Assembly (NCBI RefSeq): GCF_001194135.2
Contig: NC_068992.1
Location: forward strand, 68,132,743-68,196,742
DNA: 64,000 nt
Source: Octopus bimaculoides
Lineage: Eukaryota
Direction: 5' to 3'
Shown here: positions 49,951 to 63,249 of the stretch, piece after piece
Position numbering within the stretch: position 1 is the first letter of the stretch
How the letters are laid out: each line of letters opens with the position of its first letter
Notes under the pieces: generated by a model
The model's input: only the letters and a program-made list of their open reading frames with translations
Databases searched by the model: none
Told to the model about the DNA's origin: nothing
Made by a program: the position numbers and the translations under genes

Positions 49951-50887
49951 ATAAAAAATATGTATGCGAACGTTTTTGTGAAGTGTGTGTATGTTCGTGC
50001 ATGAATGTACGTAGGGTTGTATATGCGTAATGTAGGTCTTTGTTAGGGTTTATTGTAAGGAGAATTTGTAGGTATTTGATATTTAAGATGTCTATGACAC
50101 TTCATTAAGTGTGTTTTATTTTATATTTTCTGTTAATTGTACAGAAAAAGATGTGCACTCCGCTATATTGCGACGGATCAGTACTAATTTTGAATATTAC
50201 TTCTTGTATTTATGTTTATAGCATTGTGTATAGATTTTATATACAATTCCTTGTGATTCATGTATATGAACAACTGATAATCGAATTACAATATCCATAG
50301 TTTAACATTGAATAAATTTGCTCAATATTCATTAATGCATCATATTTCAATAATTATACCAACCTGTGCTTCAAATTACACACACAAACACACAAGACAG
50401 ATGTAGTCATTTTTCTTACAGACTTACGTTTGTAGGAAATCTTCACCTGGAACTCACTGGAAGATATAATCTCCATACAGTCGATGGTTTCAGAGATTCT
50501 GAGATTTCAGTTTTGAGATGTACTCACCGATTTTCAGACATCATAATCTGAAAGCTGATCGACATATAACATAAAGATGTTCAGTTGATTCATATCGTTT
50601 ATAGTATATGAAATGCTTGGAAATTTGTTGGTGAAAGATTGTATGCAATCTGTCTAATTGCATGGAGTCGACCGAGTCATGAAGTGATATAAATTTTACT
50701 TTAATGGCAGCTTTATTTCATAAGACGATAGTATAACAAAGCAGGATACCTGAAGATATAAATAAACAATAACAATTTTATTCCATGTACTCTATGCATT
50801 GCATACTTTATCTCCGCTAGAATAAACAACTTTCACGTACGGAAGCGCTCGAACAATCGATTCTAATTTCCCTCTTTCGTATTTCAG

Positions 50888-50919
<32 letters not shown>

Positions 50920-51127
50920 NNNNNNNNNNNNNNNNNNNNNNNNNNNNNNNNNNNNNNNNNNNNNNNNNNNNNNNNNNNNNNNNNNNNNNNNNNNNNNNNN
51001 NNNNNNNNNNNNNNNNNNNNNNNNNNNNNNNNNNNNNNNNNNNNNNNNNNNNNNNNNNNNNNNNNNNNNNNNNNNNNNNNNNNNNNNNNNNNNNNNNNNN
51101 NNNNNNNNNNNNGTATATATATATATG

Positions 51128-51160
<33 letters not shown>

Positions 51161-51173
51161 TTAATCTGTTTTC

Positions 51174-51410
51174 AAATGTGGAGGGTGTGGTGGGGACCAA
51201 GGTCAAATTAGCTTAACTTTGAGGAATAGACTTACGGTGCACAGGCAACAAATCCGGGACCCCACCGCTAAGAAAATGCCCGTAAACAAGCACCTACACT
51301 AATGCTCCGATCAATCAAAACCGAACTTCAGCAAATACAACGAAATGACCCTTTAAGAGGTTCAACCAACCGGAAAGACTGATGACCGTCCCCACAAGGA
51401 AACCAACCAG
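51174..51410 (+). mobile_element. PLE GIY-YIG endonuclease fragment followed by an HHR-like core (51379-51403)
   Basis: KCGGCGGDQGQISLTLRNRLTVHRQQIRDPTAKKMPVNKHL resembles PLE EN C..C...YIGQT..TLR.R..VHRQQI. CTGATGA-ccgtccccacaag-GAAAC lies downstream. Confidence 0.7.
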
Positions 51411-51961
51411 GCAGAACGACCACCTGAAAACCAAGACGTCACCAATATTTTAACGAATCAAAAATCAGATCTACTTGCGGGAAAAATTACAAATACATCT
51501 GATCCCAAAACATACCACTACATGCGAAAGCTTCTACGGAAAGAGGATCAGAGAAACTGTAAACCAAATTCCCGTTTTTTTCAATATTGCATTTCTCCTT
51601 TGTTTTTTCTGCTCTTGTCGATCACCGTTAACATTAATGAACTTTGTACATTCAAACAAATTGATATACAGTTTTAATATTATTGGCTGCTATGAACATT
51701 CAAACTTGCACCTGTCCTCCTAATTCATAATACTAAATTTATCTGTTTTGAAAATGTTAATTTGTCAACATTGCAACATTTAAAGATGTTTTTCTCATTC
51801 ATAACTTTAAAGTTTTACCATTAATACACAAAAAATATTGTTGAAACTAGTTTCGCATATATGTAAATAAATGTATTTTAAACAATTACGAGTTTTTCAA
51901 ATTTAGGTGTATTTTCAACAACACATATGCCTATATTTTTCCTGTGTAGACCCCCTTCTTT

Positions 51962-52006
<45 letters not shown>

Positions 52007-52874
52007 TTAAAATACAGAGATGCCTATAANNNNNNNNNNNNNNNNNNNNNNNNNNNNNNNNNNNNNNNNNNNNNNNNNNNNNNNNNNNNNNNNNNNNNNN
52101 NNNNNNNNNNNNNNNNNNNNNNNNNNNNNNNNNNNNNNNNNNNNNNNNNNNNNNNNNNNNNNNNNNNNNNNNNNNNNNNNNNNNNNNNNNNNNNNNNNNN
52201 NNNNNNNNNNNNNNNNNNNNNNNNNNNNNNNNNNNNNNNNNNNNNNNNNNNNNNNNNNNNNNNNNNNNNNNNNNNNNNNNNNNNNNNNNNNNNNNNNNNN
52301 NNNNNNNNNNNNNNNNNNNNNNNNNNNNNNNNNNNNNNNNNNNNNNNNNNNNNNNNNNNNNNNNNNNNNNNNNNNNNNNNNNNNNNNNNNNNNNNNNNNN
52401 NNNNNNNNNNNNNNNNNNNNNNNNNNNNNNNNNNNNNNNNNNNNNNNNNNNNNNNNNNNNNNNNNNNNNNNNNNNNNNNNNNNNNNNNNNNNNNNNNNNN
52501 NNNNNNNNNNNNNNNNNNNNNNNNNNNNNNNNNNNNNNNNNNNNNNNNNNNNNNNNNNNNNNNNNNNNNNNNNNNNNNNNNNNNNNNNNNNNNNNNNNNN
52601 NNNNNNNNNNNNNNNNNNNNNNNNNNNNNNNNNNNNNNNNNNNNNNNNNNNNNNNNNNNNNNNNNNNNNNNNNNNNNNNNNNNNNNNNNNNNNNNNNNNN
52701 NNNNNNNNNNNNNNNNNNNNNNNNNNNNNNNNNNNNNNNNNNNNNNNNNNNNNNNNNNNNNNNNNNNNNNNNNNNNNNNNNNNNNNNNNNNNNNNNNNNN
52801 NNNNNNNNNNNNNNNNNNNNNNNNNNNNNNNNNNNNNNNNNNNNNNNNNNNNNNNNNNNNNNNNNNNNNNNNNN

Positions 52875-52936
<62 letters not shown>

Positions 52937-55824
52937 TGTGTGTATGTTTGTGTATATATATATATATATATATATGAAAATATATATAATTACAGTACAA
53001 ACATATGCATGTGCATGTGTGCCTATGTATCCCTTCATGTGTCTGTAAGTGACTGTGTGTATATGTGTATGAGCTTGCTGAAATCTTCCAAGTATTGTTT
53101 GTAATACTATTTTGTGATTTGATTAAACTATAAAGCACGTCCATGCTTCTGAGATTGTAATTGATATGAGGAATCCAATAGGATTAAATAGAAAAAAAAG
53201 GGCAATGAATGATACTTATATTTCTCTTACATTCCGGAAATTGCTTTAATTTCCGTTCTTTCATATATGATATCTCATCGCAGTTTTGATGAATAAATAT
53301 TGATGAAGCTGTAATGTGGATACTTCCAAAATGCAAACATTCGGCAATGATAAAGCAATGATTCGAATACTTGAGAAAATGATATTGGTCTATTGTCTCT
53401 TTTGGTGTAGCAAATAACAAGTCGTAGTGAAATCTAAATATATTTGAATTGGGGAAATCATCTTCCATTTAGATTTAGCTGTTTTTAATTTCGCAGGTCG
53501 ACATTATATATGTGTTAGCGAGCAGACCCGTATGTTTAGTAGCGCAGACTAAATTAAAAATTAAACAGTAGCTACGCTCATGAAACTTAATAAACGAAAC
53601 ATGTTTATATTCTGTAGGAAGAATTGGTATTATTGACGATGTTGTGATTTTTGTTATATGAACAACAATTTTGTCTTACCACAAGAATTTGCCTGGAATC
53701 ATTTGTTCCGTTTATCATTTAACGAAAGATAAAGCGCTCGTCTTCAGAAAGCGTGTCAAAGCGAAGTATGTGTAACGGGCCGTGCACATAATTATAATTA
53801 TTGATATAAATGGAAAGTACCATAAATCAGAATCTAACCTCTCTGGGTCTAGCTATTTACAACTCTAGAAGAGAATTTATATGGAGAATAATTAAAATAT
53901 AGAGGAATGTCAGTTTTCAACATTAATGAACAAGATTTAATATTCTGTGCTGCCTATTTGTTGGACGAAGACGAAAGCTATTGAGGTGCATAACAATTAC
54001 ATATCTGTTACAATACAAAGGCGGCGCTATCAACTAGTTTGCAAGATGTTCAAACTGAAGGTACCTGTAATATTTTGGGGTGAAGAACAAATGCTACCAA
54101 CACTTCAAAACTAGATGCACATCGATGAAGAATGTATTTTTTTGTTTTTCGTTCATTATATTAAATCAGTTTAAGAATTAAAATTGGTACGAATTCACGT
54201 GCTGCTAGACAGTTCAGTATATGTTAGTCTTGAAAATATTTAGCAAACCAGAAAATATATTTATCACGAAAATAAAATAAACATTGAATTTGTTAGTATA
54301 TTATTAAAATAAGTAAATCTACTTTCGAACGCTTAGTATGTACAGGAACATTCTATTCATGTTTAATGAAATTTTTGAAAATTGCAGTTGCAAATGGGAA
54401 TATGTCAACATGGAAAATACTTTGATTAAATAGAATGCATTAGGATAAATTGATATATCGTGTACGACAGATAAAAAAGATTATGTTAAACGAAATCTCT
54501 GATATCGAAAAACTATACAAAAAGACCATCAAAACTAATCTAGGATGAACGTGTAATATTAATAAGTAAAAATGAAAATAATGCATCCCTTTCATTGAAG
54601 TCAATGAGAGGAAGACATGCAGTGATTGTGGCTTTGTTCTTTAACTTCGCATTGTGATTTTCCGCATGCATCGACAGAAATAGTGTCCCGTAGCAATTTG
54701 AAATTTTGTGTTGTATGTTATCAGTTCATTCCACACGTTACGTTCGGGAGTTGAATGTGTCTTTTGAATGATAGATGTATATTATAAAATATTGGCCGCT
54801 CCAAATATCAGTGATTTAGAAAAGTCAATAATACGGTGACCGATTTTACTTATGGAAAACAGGTATTCATTCAGTGACTGGGTGCGCGGATTGCGGAAAT
54901 GGAGAATTTTTGAATAAAATTAGAATTAGTTGAATGATTTGGCTTCGTCATTATACATCAAGAATTGAAATACTGTAGCAGGTAAATTTCATTGGCATTG
55001 CGTTATTTTTTATGCTACACATTTTTATTTCAGTCACTGAAGTCATACAAAAAAAACTATTCTGGGTTTATTGCTGATATCATGTTTTAAACTTGTAATA
55101 AAACAGATCACATCAAATTTTATTTGAAAGGAATATATAGGCAGACACTGATAAAAAAGTAGATTAACTGCTTTAAACTTTTATCTTTGATATATTTTGA
55201 TATCCAAGTTCAAATACAGTCTGTGTTGTCTTCGCTTTTCTATTTTAAATCGATAAAATATGCACACGATGTTTAATGACCTTCATTTAGGAGATTATTA
55301 CAACAAAATTGCATTGCTAAAATTCAGTGTAATAAAGATACATAGTATTGCTTTTGGTCCGGTGTATAGAGAATAGACTGTTGTACTGGATTGAACGTCA
55401 TTCTTTAGTCATATCTTTATAGGTGCATGAAACGATTGCTTATAATCGTTTGGAGGTGGATATAATAATAGCATGATGTTAATTTGCATAAATATTTTAT
55501 TTACATTCAGATGGAATATTTTGTATTGCTTCTCCCAACTCTCTGAAATTTTATTTCAAATCTCACAGGGATTAATTTGAGATTGATAAATTTAAAACCA
55601 GATTTTCGGATTTTGTACTTCTTGTGGGTAGACTAATTGATAACAGGTAGAGATACGTCAAGCTAAACACTTCTATCCATGACAAACTCCACCCAAAAAG
55701 ATACATCATAGGGAGAGCAGACAGCTTGATACGGGTGGGGAATTGATCAGCTCAGATTACTGGAACGTTTTCAGTTATACTTAGCGGCTGTCCTTACAAT
55801 AGATGGTTTATAATCCCGTGTTTT

Positions 55825-56270
55825 TCCTCCCAACTATCTGAAACTTGCTAAATTGGTCAGTGATTCGCAAACATACGCTATTCCAAACAGGTCTATCCTC
55901 GACAACCTCCACCTCACGCGTATATCATAGAGAGGATAGGCAAATATCCTTGCATGGGTGGGCCTCAATCAATTCAGATCAACCGAATGCTTTTGGTAGG
56001 CTTGACCATCAATACTTGGCGGCTGTCCTAAGGTGGCTGGTTTGTATAGCGACATCTGCTCGGTGGCGAAAGATAATGGCCACCTTTCAGAATCGTTTAG
56101 CACCGCGCGTTCGGTTCATCAAGCATGCCTACTCTCACCCCATCTGCACGAGCTGGCTTCCGAGCCATTGCTCTAGAAGCTGGCTGTCACGAGAGTCATC
56201 CCACCTGAACTAGGGTGCAGAGTTTTCGTCTCAGCATATGAAGACGTAGTCACAGTAATAGTTCCAGCAA
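55825..56270 (+). mobile_element. Tx1/L1-clade LINE RT fragment, internally deleted
   Basis: QTYAIPNRSILDNLHL..DQ.NAFGRLDHQYL..NGHLSESF...RSVHQACLLSP..SAYED across frames. Confidence 0.85.
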
Positions 56271-56277
56271 TATTATT

Positions 56278-56475
56278 AAGGCGGTGTGCTGGCAGAATCG
56301 CTAGCTCATCAGGTGAAATGCTTAACGGTATTTCGTCTGTTGCTACGTTCTGAGCACAAACTCAGCCGAGCTCGACTTTGGCTTTCATGCCTTCAGTGTC
56401 GATAATTATGTACCAATGAAACACTGGGGTCGATGCAATCCACTCGTCTCCCACCTTGTGCCTATAGGAGAAATG

Positions 56476-56534
<59 letters not shown>

Positions 56535-56905
56535 TATCGTTATTAAGGCGGCGAGGTTCAGAATCGCTAGTACGGCGGGTGAAATGCTTAGTAGCATTTT
56601 GCTCAAATTTTGCTATGGTTATCTTTGCTTTTCTTCCTTAGGGTTCGATGAAAACTAGTATCAGTTGGTCATTAGAATCGATGCAATCGACTTAGCCTTT
56701 GCTCATAAATTACTGATCTTTGGCCAAAATTTAAATCAATTATTATTATATTTTTAAATTACTATCAAGGCACGAGCTGGAAGAACCGTTAGCACGCATA
56801 TCGACATTTCGTCCGTCTTCACCTTTGGAGTTCGAATTCTGTTCAGGCTAACTTTGCCTTACATCATTTCGGGTCGATAAGAGAAGTACAAGTTGAGCAC
56901 TGTGC
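56278..56905 (+). mobile_element. Three head-to-tail SINE family 2 copies (starts 56278, 56545, 56767) separated by (ATT)n
   Basis: Three aaggc...ggcagaatcg-type heads in the same orientation. Confidence 0.88.
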
Positions 56906-56983
56906 CAATTTCTATAATATATTTCTTTCTTACCAAGACTAACATGTAACATGGTAATTATCTTCATTTTATATATATATATG

Positions 56984-57014
<31 letters not shown>

Positions 57015-57024
57015 ATTTCTTTTC

Positions 57025-57062
57025 AAAGTTTCAGCTCAGAGCTGCGGCCATGCTGATGCACC
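57025..57062 (-). mobile_element. SINE family 1-like 3' tip
   Basis: Minus strand reads cagcatggccg-cagct(ctg)agctg-aaac. Confidence 0.6.
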
Positions 57063-57549
57063 ATATTATATTATATTTTAGATATATTATTTCATTTCAA
57101 CAAAAATATGTAAATACTTTCTGCATTCAATTTATGAATTTGAAAAGGACTTTTTCTTTTAAAATTTCCTTTCTAATTGAAAACCCAATATTTGGTGTTT
57201 GCTAGGTTTTAGTTTGTACTTTGATATGTACAGCTAATCATCAAACAAAACGTTCCAACTACAATCGATGGGTCTCTTTTCAAAGCCCAACGGAAGCAAA
57301 AAAATAATTGCACAAATCAATGATCCAATTTAGTACAAGATAGATTATTATGTATTGATTTTCAATCCTTTTATCGCTTTACGTTTGATCGCTTGCATAT
57401 TCAATGAGCGTATTGATGGCTCATGTTCGCTTCATGCACGCTACAGAATCAGTAAATAAAACAGGTCAATTTTTCTCAACATTTGGTCTCACTTTTAAGT
57501 AAGCTGTCTGTTCCTCACCCTCACTCTATCACTTGCTCTATTTCTCTCA

Positions 57550-57582
<33 letters not shown>

Positions 57583-57776
57583 TATATNNNNNNNNNNNNN
57601 NNNNNNNNNNNNNNNNNNNNNNNNNNNNNNNNNNNNNNNNNNNNNNNNNNNNNNNNNNNNNNNNNNNNNNNNNNNNNNNNNNNNNNNNNNNNNNNNNNNN
57701 NNNNNNNNNNNNNNNNNNNNNNNNNNNNNNNNNNNNNNNNNNNNNNNNNNNNNNNNNNNNNNNNNNNNNNNNNNNN

Positions 57777-57831
<55 letters not shown>

Positions 57832-58123
57832 TATGTATGTATGTATGTATATATATGTGTGTGTGTATATACATGCATACAAATATACATACATACATAC
57901 ATACATACATATACATAAATCTGTGAGTGAGGTATAAGCAGTAGCTGCACGACATCGTGAAGTATATTTGCCACTTAAATGTGGCTAAGCCTTAAGGGTG
58001 GATGCTACTATAGCTTGTAGCCCCAGGAAGACATCTCCTCCAGCTGTCTATTGACAGACTTTCTGTGCCCTATCAGTATTTGCAAAGAGAAATCATCCTT
58101 CCCATCTTCAACCTGACGTGAAA

Positions 58124-58168
58124 CACACGGTCCCGGGTTTCTGGCTATTGACCCGTCATCAGCGTGTG
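58124..58168 (-). ncRNA. Type I hammerhead-like motif (intact CUGAUGA/GAAA, decayed stem II, U16.1->A)
   Basis: Minus strand reads cacacg-CTGATGA-cgggt(caat)agcca-GAAA-cccggg-AC-cgtgtg. Stem I is a perfect 6 bp. Confidence 0.65.
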
Positions 58169-59296
58169 ACATTCACCGGTTGTCGATGTGAAGTGATTTC
58201 CCAATGCAAATACATATATTCTTTTACCAGTCACTGATCTCGAAAAAATGTAAACAATATGTATTTGCACTGTGGTGAAAGTGCTCTACAGACATACTAC
58301 CTGGCATTTACCTTCAAACAAGGTTTGGACGCTGCAGTAAATCGCCTACTTTCTAAACCTCAATTCTTAACCTTTAAATTCGACTTAGACATAAAAACAT
58401 ACATATATATGTATATATATATATATATATATATNNNNNNNNNNNNNNNNNNNNNNNNNNNNNNNNNNNNNNNNNNNNNNNNNNNNNNNNNNNNNNNNNN
58501 NNNNNNNNNNNNNNNNNNNNNNNNNNNNNNNNNNNNNNNNNNNNNNNNNNNNNNNNNNNNNNNNNNNNNNNNNNNNNNNNNNNNNNNNNNNNNNNNNNNN
58601 NNNNNNNNNNNNNNNNNNNNNNNNNNNNNNNNNNNNNNNNNNNNNNNNNNNNNNNNNNNNNNNNNNNNNNNNNNNNNNNNNNNNNNNNNNNNNNNNNNNN
58701 NNNNNNNNNNNNNNNNNNNNNNNNNNNNNNNNNNNNNNNNNNNNNNNNNNNNNNNNNNNNNNNNNNNNNNNNNNNNNNNNNNNNNNNNNNNNNNNNNNNN
58801 NNNNNNNNNNNNNNNNNNNNNNNNNNNNNNNNNNNNNNNNNNNNNNNNNNNNNNNNNNNNNNNNNNNNNNNNNNNNNNNNNNNNNNNNNNNNNNNNNNNN
58901 NNNNNNNNNNNNNNNNNNNNNNNNNNNNNNNNNNNNNNNNNNNNNNNNNNNNNNNNNNNNNNNNNNNNNNNNNNNNNNNNNNNNNNNNNNNNNNNNNNNN
59001 NNNNNNNNNNNNNNNNNNNNNNNNNNNNNNNNNNNNNNNNNNNNNNNNNNNNNNNNNNNNNNNNNNNNNNNNNNNNNNNNNNNNNNNNNNNNNNNNNNNN
59101 NNNNNNNNNNNNNNNNNNNNNNNNNNNNNNNNNNNNNNNNNNNNNNNNNNNNNNNNNNNNNNNNNNNNNNNNNNNNNNNNNNNNNNNNNNNNNNNNNNNN
59201 NNNNNNNNNNNNNNNNNNNNNNNNNNNNNNNNNNNNNNNNNNNNNNNNNNNNNNNNNNNNNNNNNNNNNNNNNNNNNNNNNNNNNNNNNNNNNNNN

Positions 59297-59329
<33 letters not shown>

Positions 59330-59336
<7 letters not shown>

Positions 59337-59560
59337 ATTTGTGTTTCTATGTTTGTGCCCCAACATCGCTTGACAACCGATGCTGGTGTGTTTACATCCC
59401 CGTAACTTAGCGGTTCGGCAAAAGAGACCGATAGAATAAGTACTAGGCTTACAAAGAATAAGTCGTGGGGTCAATTTGCTTGACTAAAGGCGGTTCTCCA
59501 GCATGGCCGCACTCAAATGACTGAAACAAGTAAAATAGATAAAGAGAGTAAAAGAGAGTG
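59330..59560 (+). mobile_element. SINE family 1, 3' half (5' half probably in the gap)
   Basis: Matches the reverse complement of 11083-11270. Confidence 0.9.
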
Positions 59561-59589
59561 TATATATGTATGTATGTATATGATGTAAA

Positions 59590-60325
59590 TGAAGATGTGT
59601 TGAAAAGATGTAAGGATGTACAAAGGAGATGGGCAGAGTATTTTAGTGAGCTGTTAAATGTGGAAGATGATAGGGAGGTAAGTATAGTGGATGTAACAGG
59701 AGAGAGGAGAATGCCTGTTGATGGGGAATGACACTATGGCGCAATTGGAAAGGATGAGGTGAGGGAATACTTGCGGAAGATAAGCAAACCGGAAGGCGCC
59801 AGGTAGAGATAGGGGAAGAGTAGAATGCCTAAAGAAAGGAGGAGTGACAGTGATTGAATAGTTAGTGAGGCTTATAACTGTTTGTTATAAGGCTGGAAGA
59901 GTACCAAAGGACAGGTGCAGTGCCTGTATAGTGCCATTGTACAAGGGAAAAGGGATAAAGGTGAGTGTGAAGTTTTAGGGACATACGTCTGTTGTGTGTG
60001 GTTGATAAACTGGATGGTAAAGAGGGTGATAAAGGCAGAAGTGGTAGGTAGCAGAACCAGAGGCAGACCTTGGTTTGTGTGGAGGGATGGAGTGAGGAAA
60101 GCTTTGGTGGATACAGGTGTTGGAGTGAGAGAGGCAAGACAGTTTATAAATGTCTGTGGACGGATGAGTGAATTTGTTGTTGCTCAAAGGGGGACGGAAC
60201 CAGCATGATGCGACGGGGGTAAACCAGCATATTCTGTCGGGCCCCACTGCTGATATTGGGTGTTGCGTTCAATGCCTTGACCCGAGAATAGGACGAAGCT
60301 CACCCCTTTGAGGGTATATATATGT
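59590..60325 (+). mobile_element. RTE-clade LINE remnant with large internal deletion
   Basis: RRWAEYFSELLNVE, ECLKKGG..VIE*L..GRVPKD...CIVPLYKGK.D and V.GSRTRGRP...WRDGV, followed by a 3' UTR ending at (TA)n. Confidence 0.85.
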
Positions 60326-60764
60326 ATATATATATATATTATTTAGATTGACAGCCGAGTCCGTAAGTCGAGGTTTCTGTGAAGACTGGACAATTCTCTG
60401 AATCCACATTTTATACTGCTCATAAATATGTGTGTGTGTATGTCTGTGGGAGCGCGCGCGTGTAGATAGTCAAACGAACATTCTATGTTCATGAGACTAC
60501 GTTTATATTACTGATAATTTGGAAACGCTCCCATTGAATTTATAATTATATCTTCCATTTCCATATTTTTTCTCTTAGATTAAAGTAGTTGGAAGCATTC
60601 TGCCAGCTATCCACTTTTTTTGACGCGGCTATTTAAAATTAGGAATTCCAGAATATTTAGCTACATTAAACTGGAGATTTGCTTGGATGCTATCTTCAGT
60701 AATAGAGCACAAATAGGTTGCCAGACTTATTATTTACGTAATAACAGTTCTAAGTAATAATAAC

Positions 60765-60841
<77 letters not shown>

Positions 60842-62154
60842 ACTAACGATAAACTCGATTACAATTTTCAAGCACTGACCTCTGAAACGTTTAATCTCAC
60901 AAATAATAATGTAGTTATTATTTATTAAATAAATAGAAAGAGAAAAATTTCAGTGTGAACTTTATTTTCTAAAATTTAAATCAAATCTGTTGCCATTATT
61001 CATTGACGTATTCCACCCCAGAAATGATATACCTACCATTTTATACAGGTTATCTCAAGCCAAATTCAAAAGTGTAGGTTCCGTATATATTTTTTATTTT
61101 TTTATCATAAAGTTGATTATGCAGATATTTATCTACTATGGAATTAAAATTACCTGAAATATTCTCTGTATGTCATTCAAGGTTAATCTATATTTATAAA
61201 CAGCTAATATAAGTGTTTGTTTGTTTGATTGTTTGATTGTTTGATTGTTTATGGGGTGGTTGGTTGGTTGGCTGGTTGGACGGTTTCTCCAGTCATGCTT
61301 TAAGTAGAGTAGAGAGATGAGAAGAGAAGGAGTGATAGAGAGGTACAGAGAGAGTTAACCTAATGCGGAATGATTGCACATGGTGGCAATCAATCAGTGC
61401 GGTAACGTTACACATATAGAGAGAGAGGCATATTGCGAGGCGAAGAACCATAGAGACGGATGCGCAGAGGAGGAAGCGCATGACAGTGCACTTATGAAAT
61501 TTGTTTCGTTTTAATAAGTAGGGTATTCGAATTAATTGTATAAACAACGATGTTTCACGCCATTGAAAAACTGTAGATTACAAATAAATTATGTAGTGTG
61601 TGTGTGGCATTTATGCTCGTTTGATTTTTATTCATGTTCGCTGCTCTTTACGATTCTTATAACCGATTGGGTATAAGCATATCTTTCTGAACTAGGGTTA
61701 CTGCATTGTAAACGTTTACAACGTTTAATCAATTGAGGTCTTCATAACTGTGCTTATATCTTTTGATATTCACACACACACACACATATAGAGAGAGAGA
61801 AAGAGAGAAAAAACTTACTTGGAAATGGATGCGTGGCGTTCAATCATAAGATAATATAAATAATATATATATATATATANNNNNNNNNNNNNNNNNNNNN
61901 NNNNNNNNNNNNNNNNNNNNNNNNNNNNNNNNNNNNNNNNNNNNNNNNNNNNNNNNNNNNNNNNNNNNNNNNNNNNNNNNNNNNNNNNNNNNNNNNNNNN
62001 NNNNNNNNNNNNNNNNNNNNNNNNNNNNNNNNNNNNNNNNNNNNNNNNNNNNNNNNNNNNNNNNNNNNNNNNNNNNNNNNNNNATATATGCATGTATACA
62101 TACATATATGTACATACTTACACATATATGCATATACATATGCATGTATGGGTA

Positions 62155-62650
62155 CAGGACGTCATAAGACGTAAATAACGTAAATACGAAATACGAAAAC
62201 ATGGAATATGAACTTTTTTCTGCGAACAACGAAAGAAACAAATGGAAAACAAGACAAGTAACATAAAGGACGACCCTTCATCAGTTGTCGGCTGTTTTAT
62301 CCACTCCACATTTTGAGCAATTAGGACAAGATGTGTCTTCGAGAAACAGTTGTTCCTGCAATAAAATTTGAGATTTTCAAAAGGTCAAAAGGTCAAAGTT
62401 GGTAACAAAAAACAGGACAGATGAAATAAAACAGTAAATGCTGCTAAGCCATAACGAGGTGAGGTGGCTAAACGTTGGAGGAACAAGCTTTGACAGGAGA
62501 AAAAGGCAGGAGAAAAGACAGACAAGAATGCGTATGATATGTGTAGCAGATCAAAACATGGGATAGTATGGCAGTGCTGAAATTTGCTGTCTTTTAGGGT
62601 AGGTCTCTTTTTGTTAAATACACTGAGATCCAATTTCACATCCCACAATA
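62155..62650 (-). mobile_element. Probable PLE-like 3' remnant
   Basis: Complex block abutting an AT/AC microsatellite, containing ctgatgaagggtcgtcctt. The assignment rests on recalled similarity. Confidence 0.4.
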
Positions 62651-62653
62651 TTA

Positions 62654-62991
62654 GTCAGTCAGAGACGAGGGAGATAACTCGCATCAGGTATTTTAACTCC
62701 AGGCACATTGATAAAAATGTATTCTCTTACGCTTAAAAGTGCAGTTTATCCCTGAACCATCGAGACACTTATGTGTATGTGAGCTTCATATCGTTTATAT
62801 CCTTCGAGCTGCTTCTATTTCATATTTGAATTTTCATACGTGGTATAAAAGTTGGGACAGAGGGCGATTTAGCTTGTATCGAGCCTTGTTCCGGTACGCA
62901 GTGTTGACAAGTCATAAGAAAGACGAAGCATCAATGTCCACCGCTCCAAAATGGAACTTGATGCAAATTATCTCGCTTGTCTGTGACTGAC
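62654..62991. mobile_element. MITE-like element with 24-bp TIRs (21/24 match)
   Basis: 62654-62677 gtcagtcagagacgagggagataa compared with the reverse complement of 62968-62991. No clear TSD. Confidence 0.5.
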
Positions 62992-63196
62992 ATCCAGGTG
63001 TTTTAACACCAGGTACATTGATGAGAATATATTTTCTTACACTTAAAAGCACAGCCTATCCACGAACTAGCAAAATAGATATTTTGCGTGTGTATGTTCG
63101 CAATTTTTTATATCCCTTCAGCTATTTCGAATTCATATTTGAATCTATATCTAAATCTTTATCAATATAATTCTATTTATCTATCTATCTATCTAA

Positions 63197-63249
<53 letters not shown>

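Noticed and set aside
50424-50545. Two perfect - strand donors (gtgagt, gtaagt) within 110 nt
   Set aside because: No consistent exon and frame model. Such hexamers are expected many times per strand by chance in AT-rich DNA.
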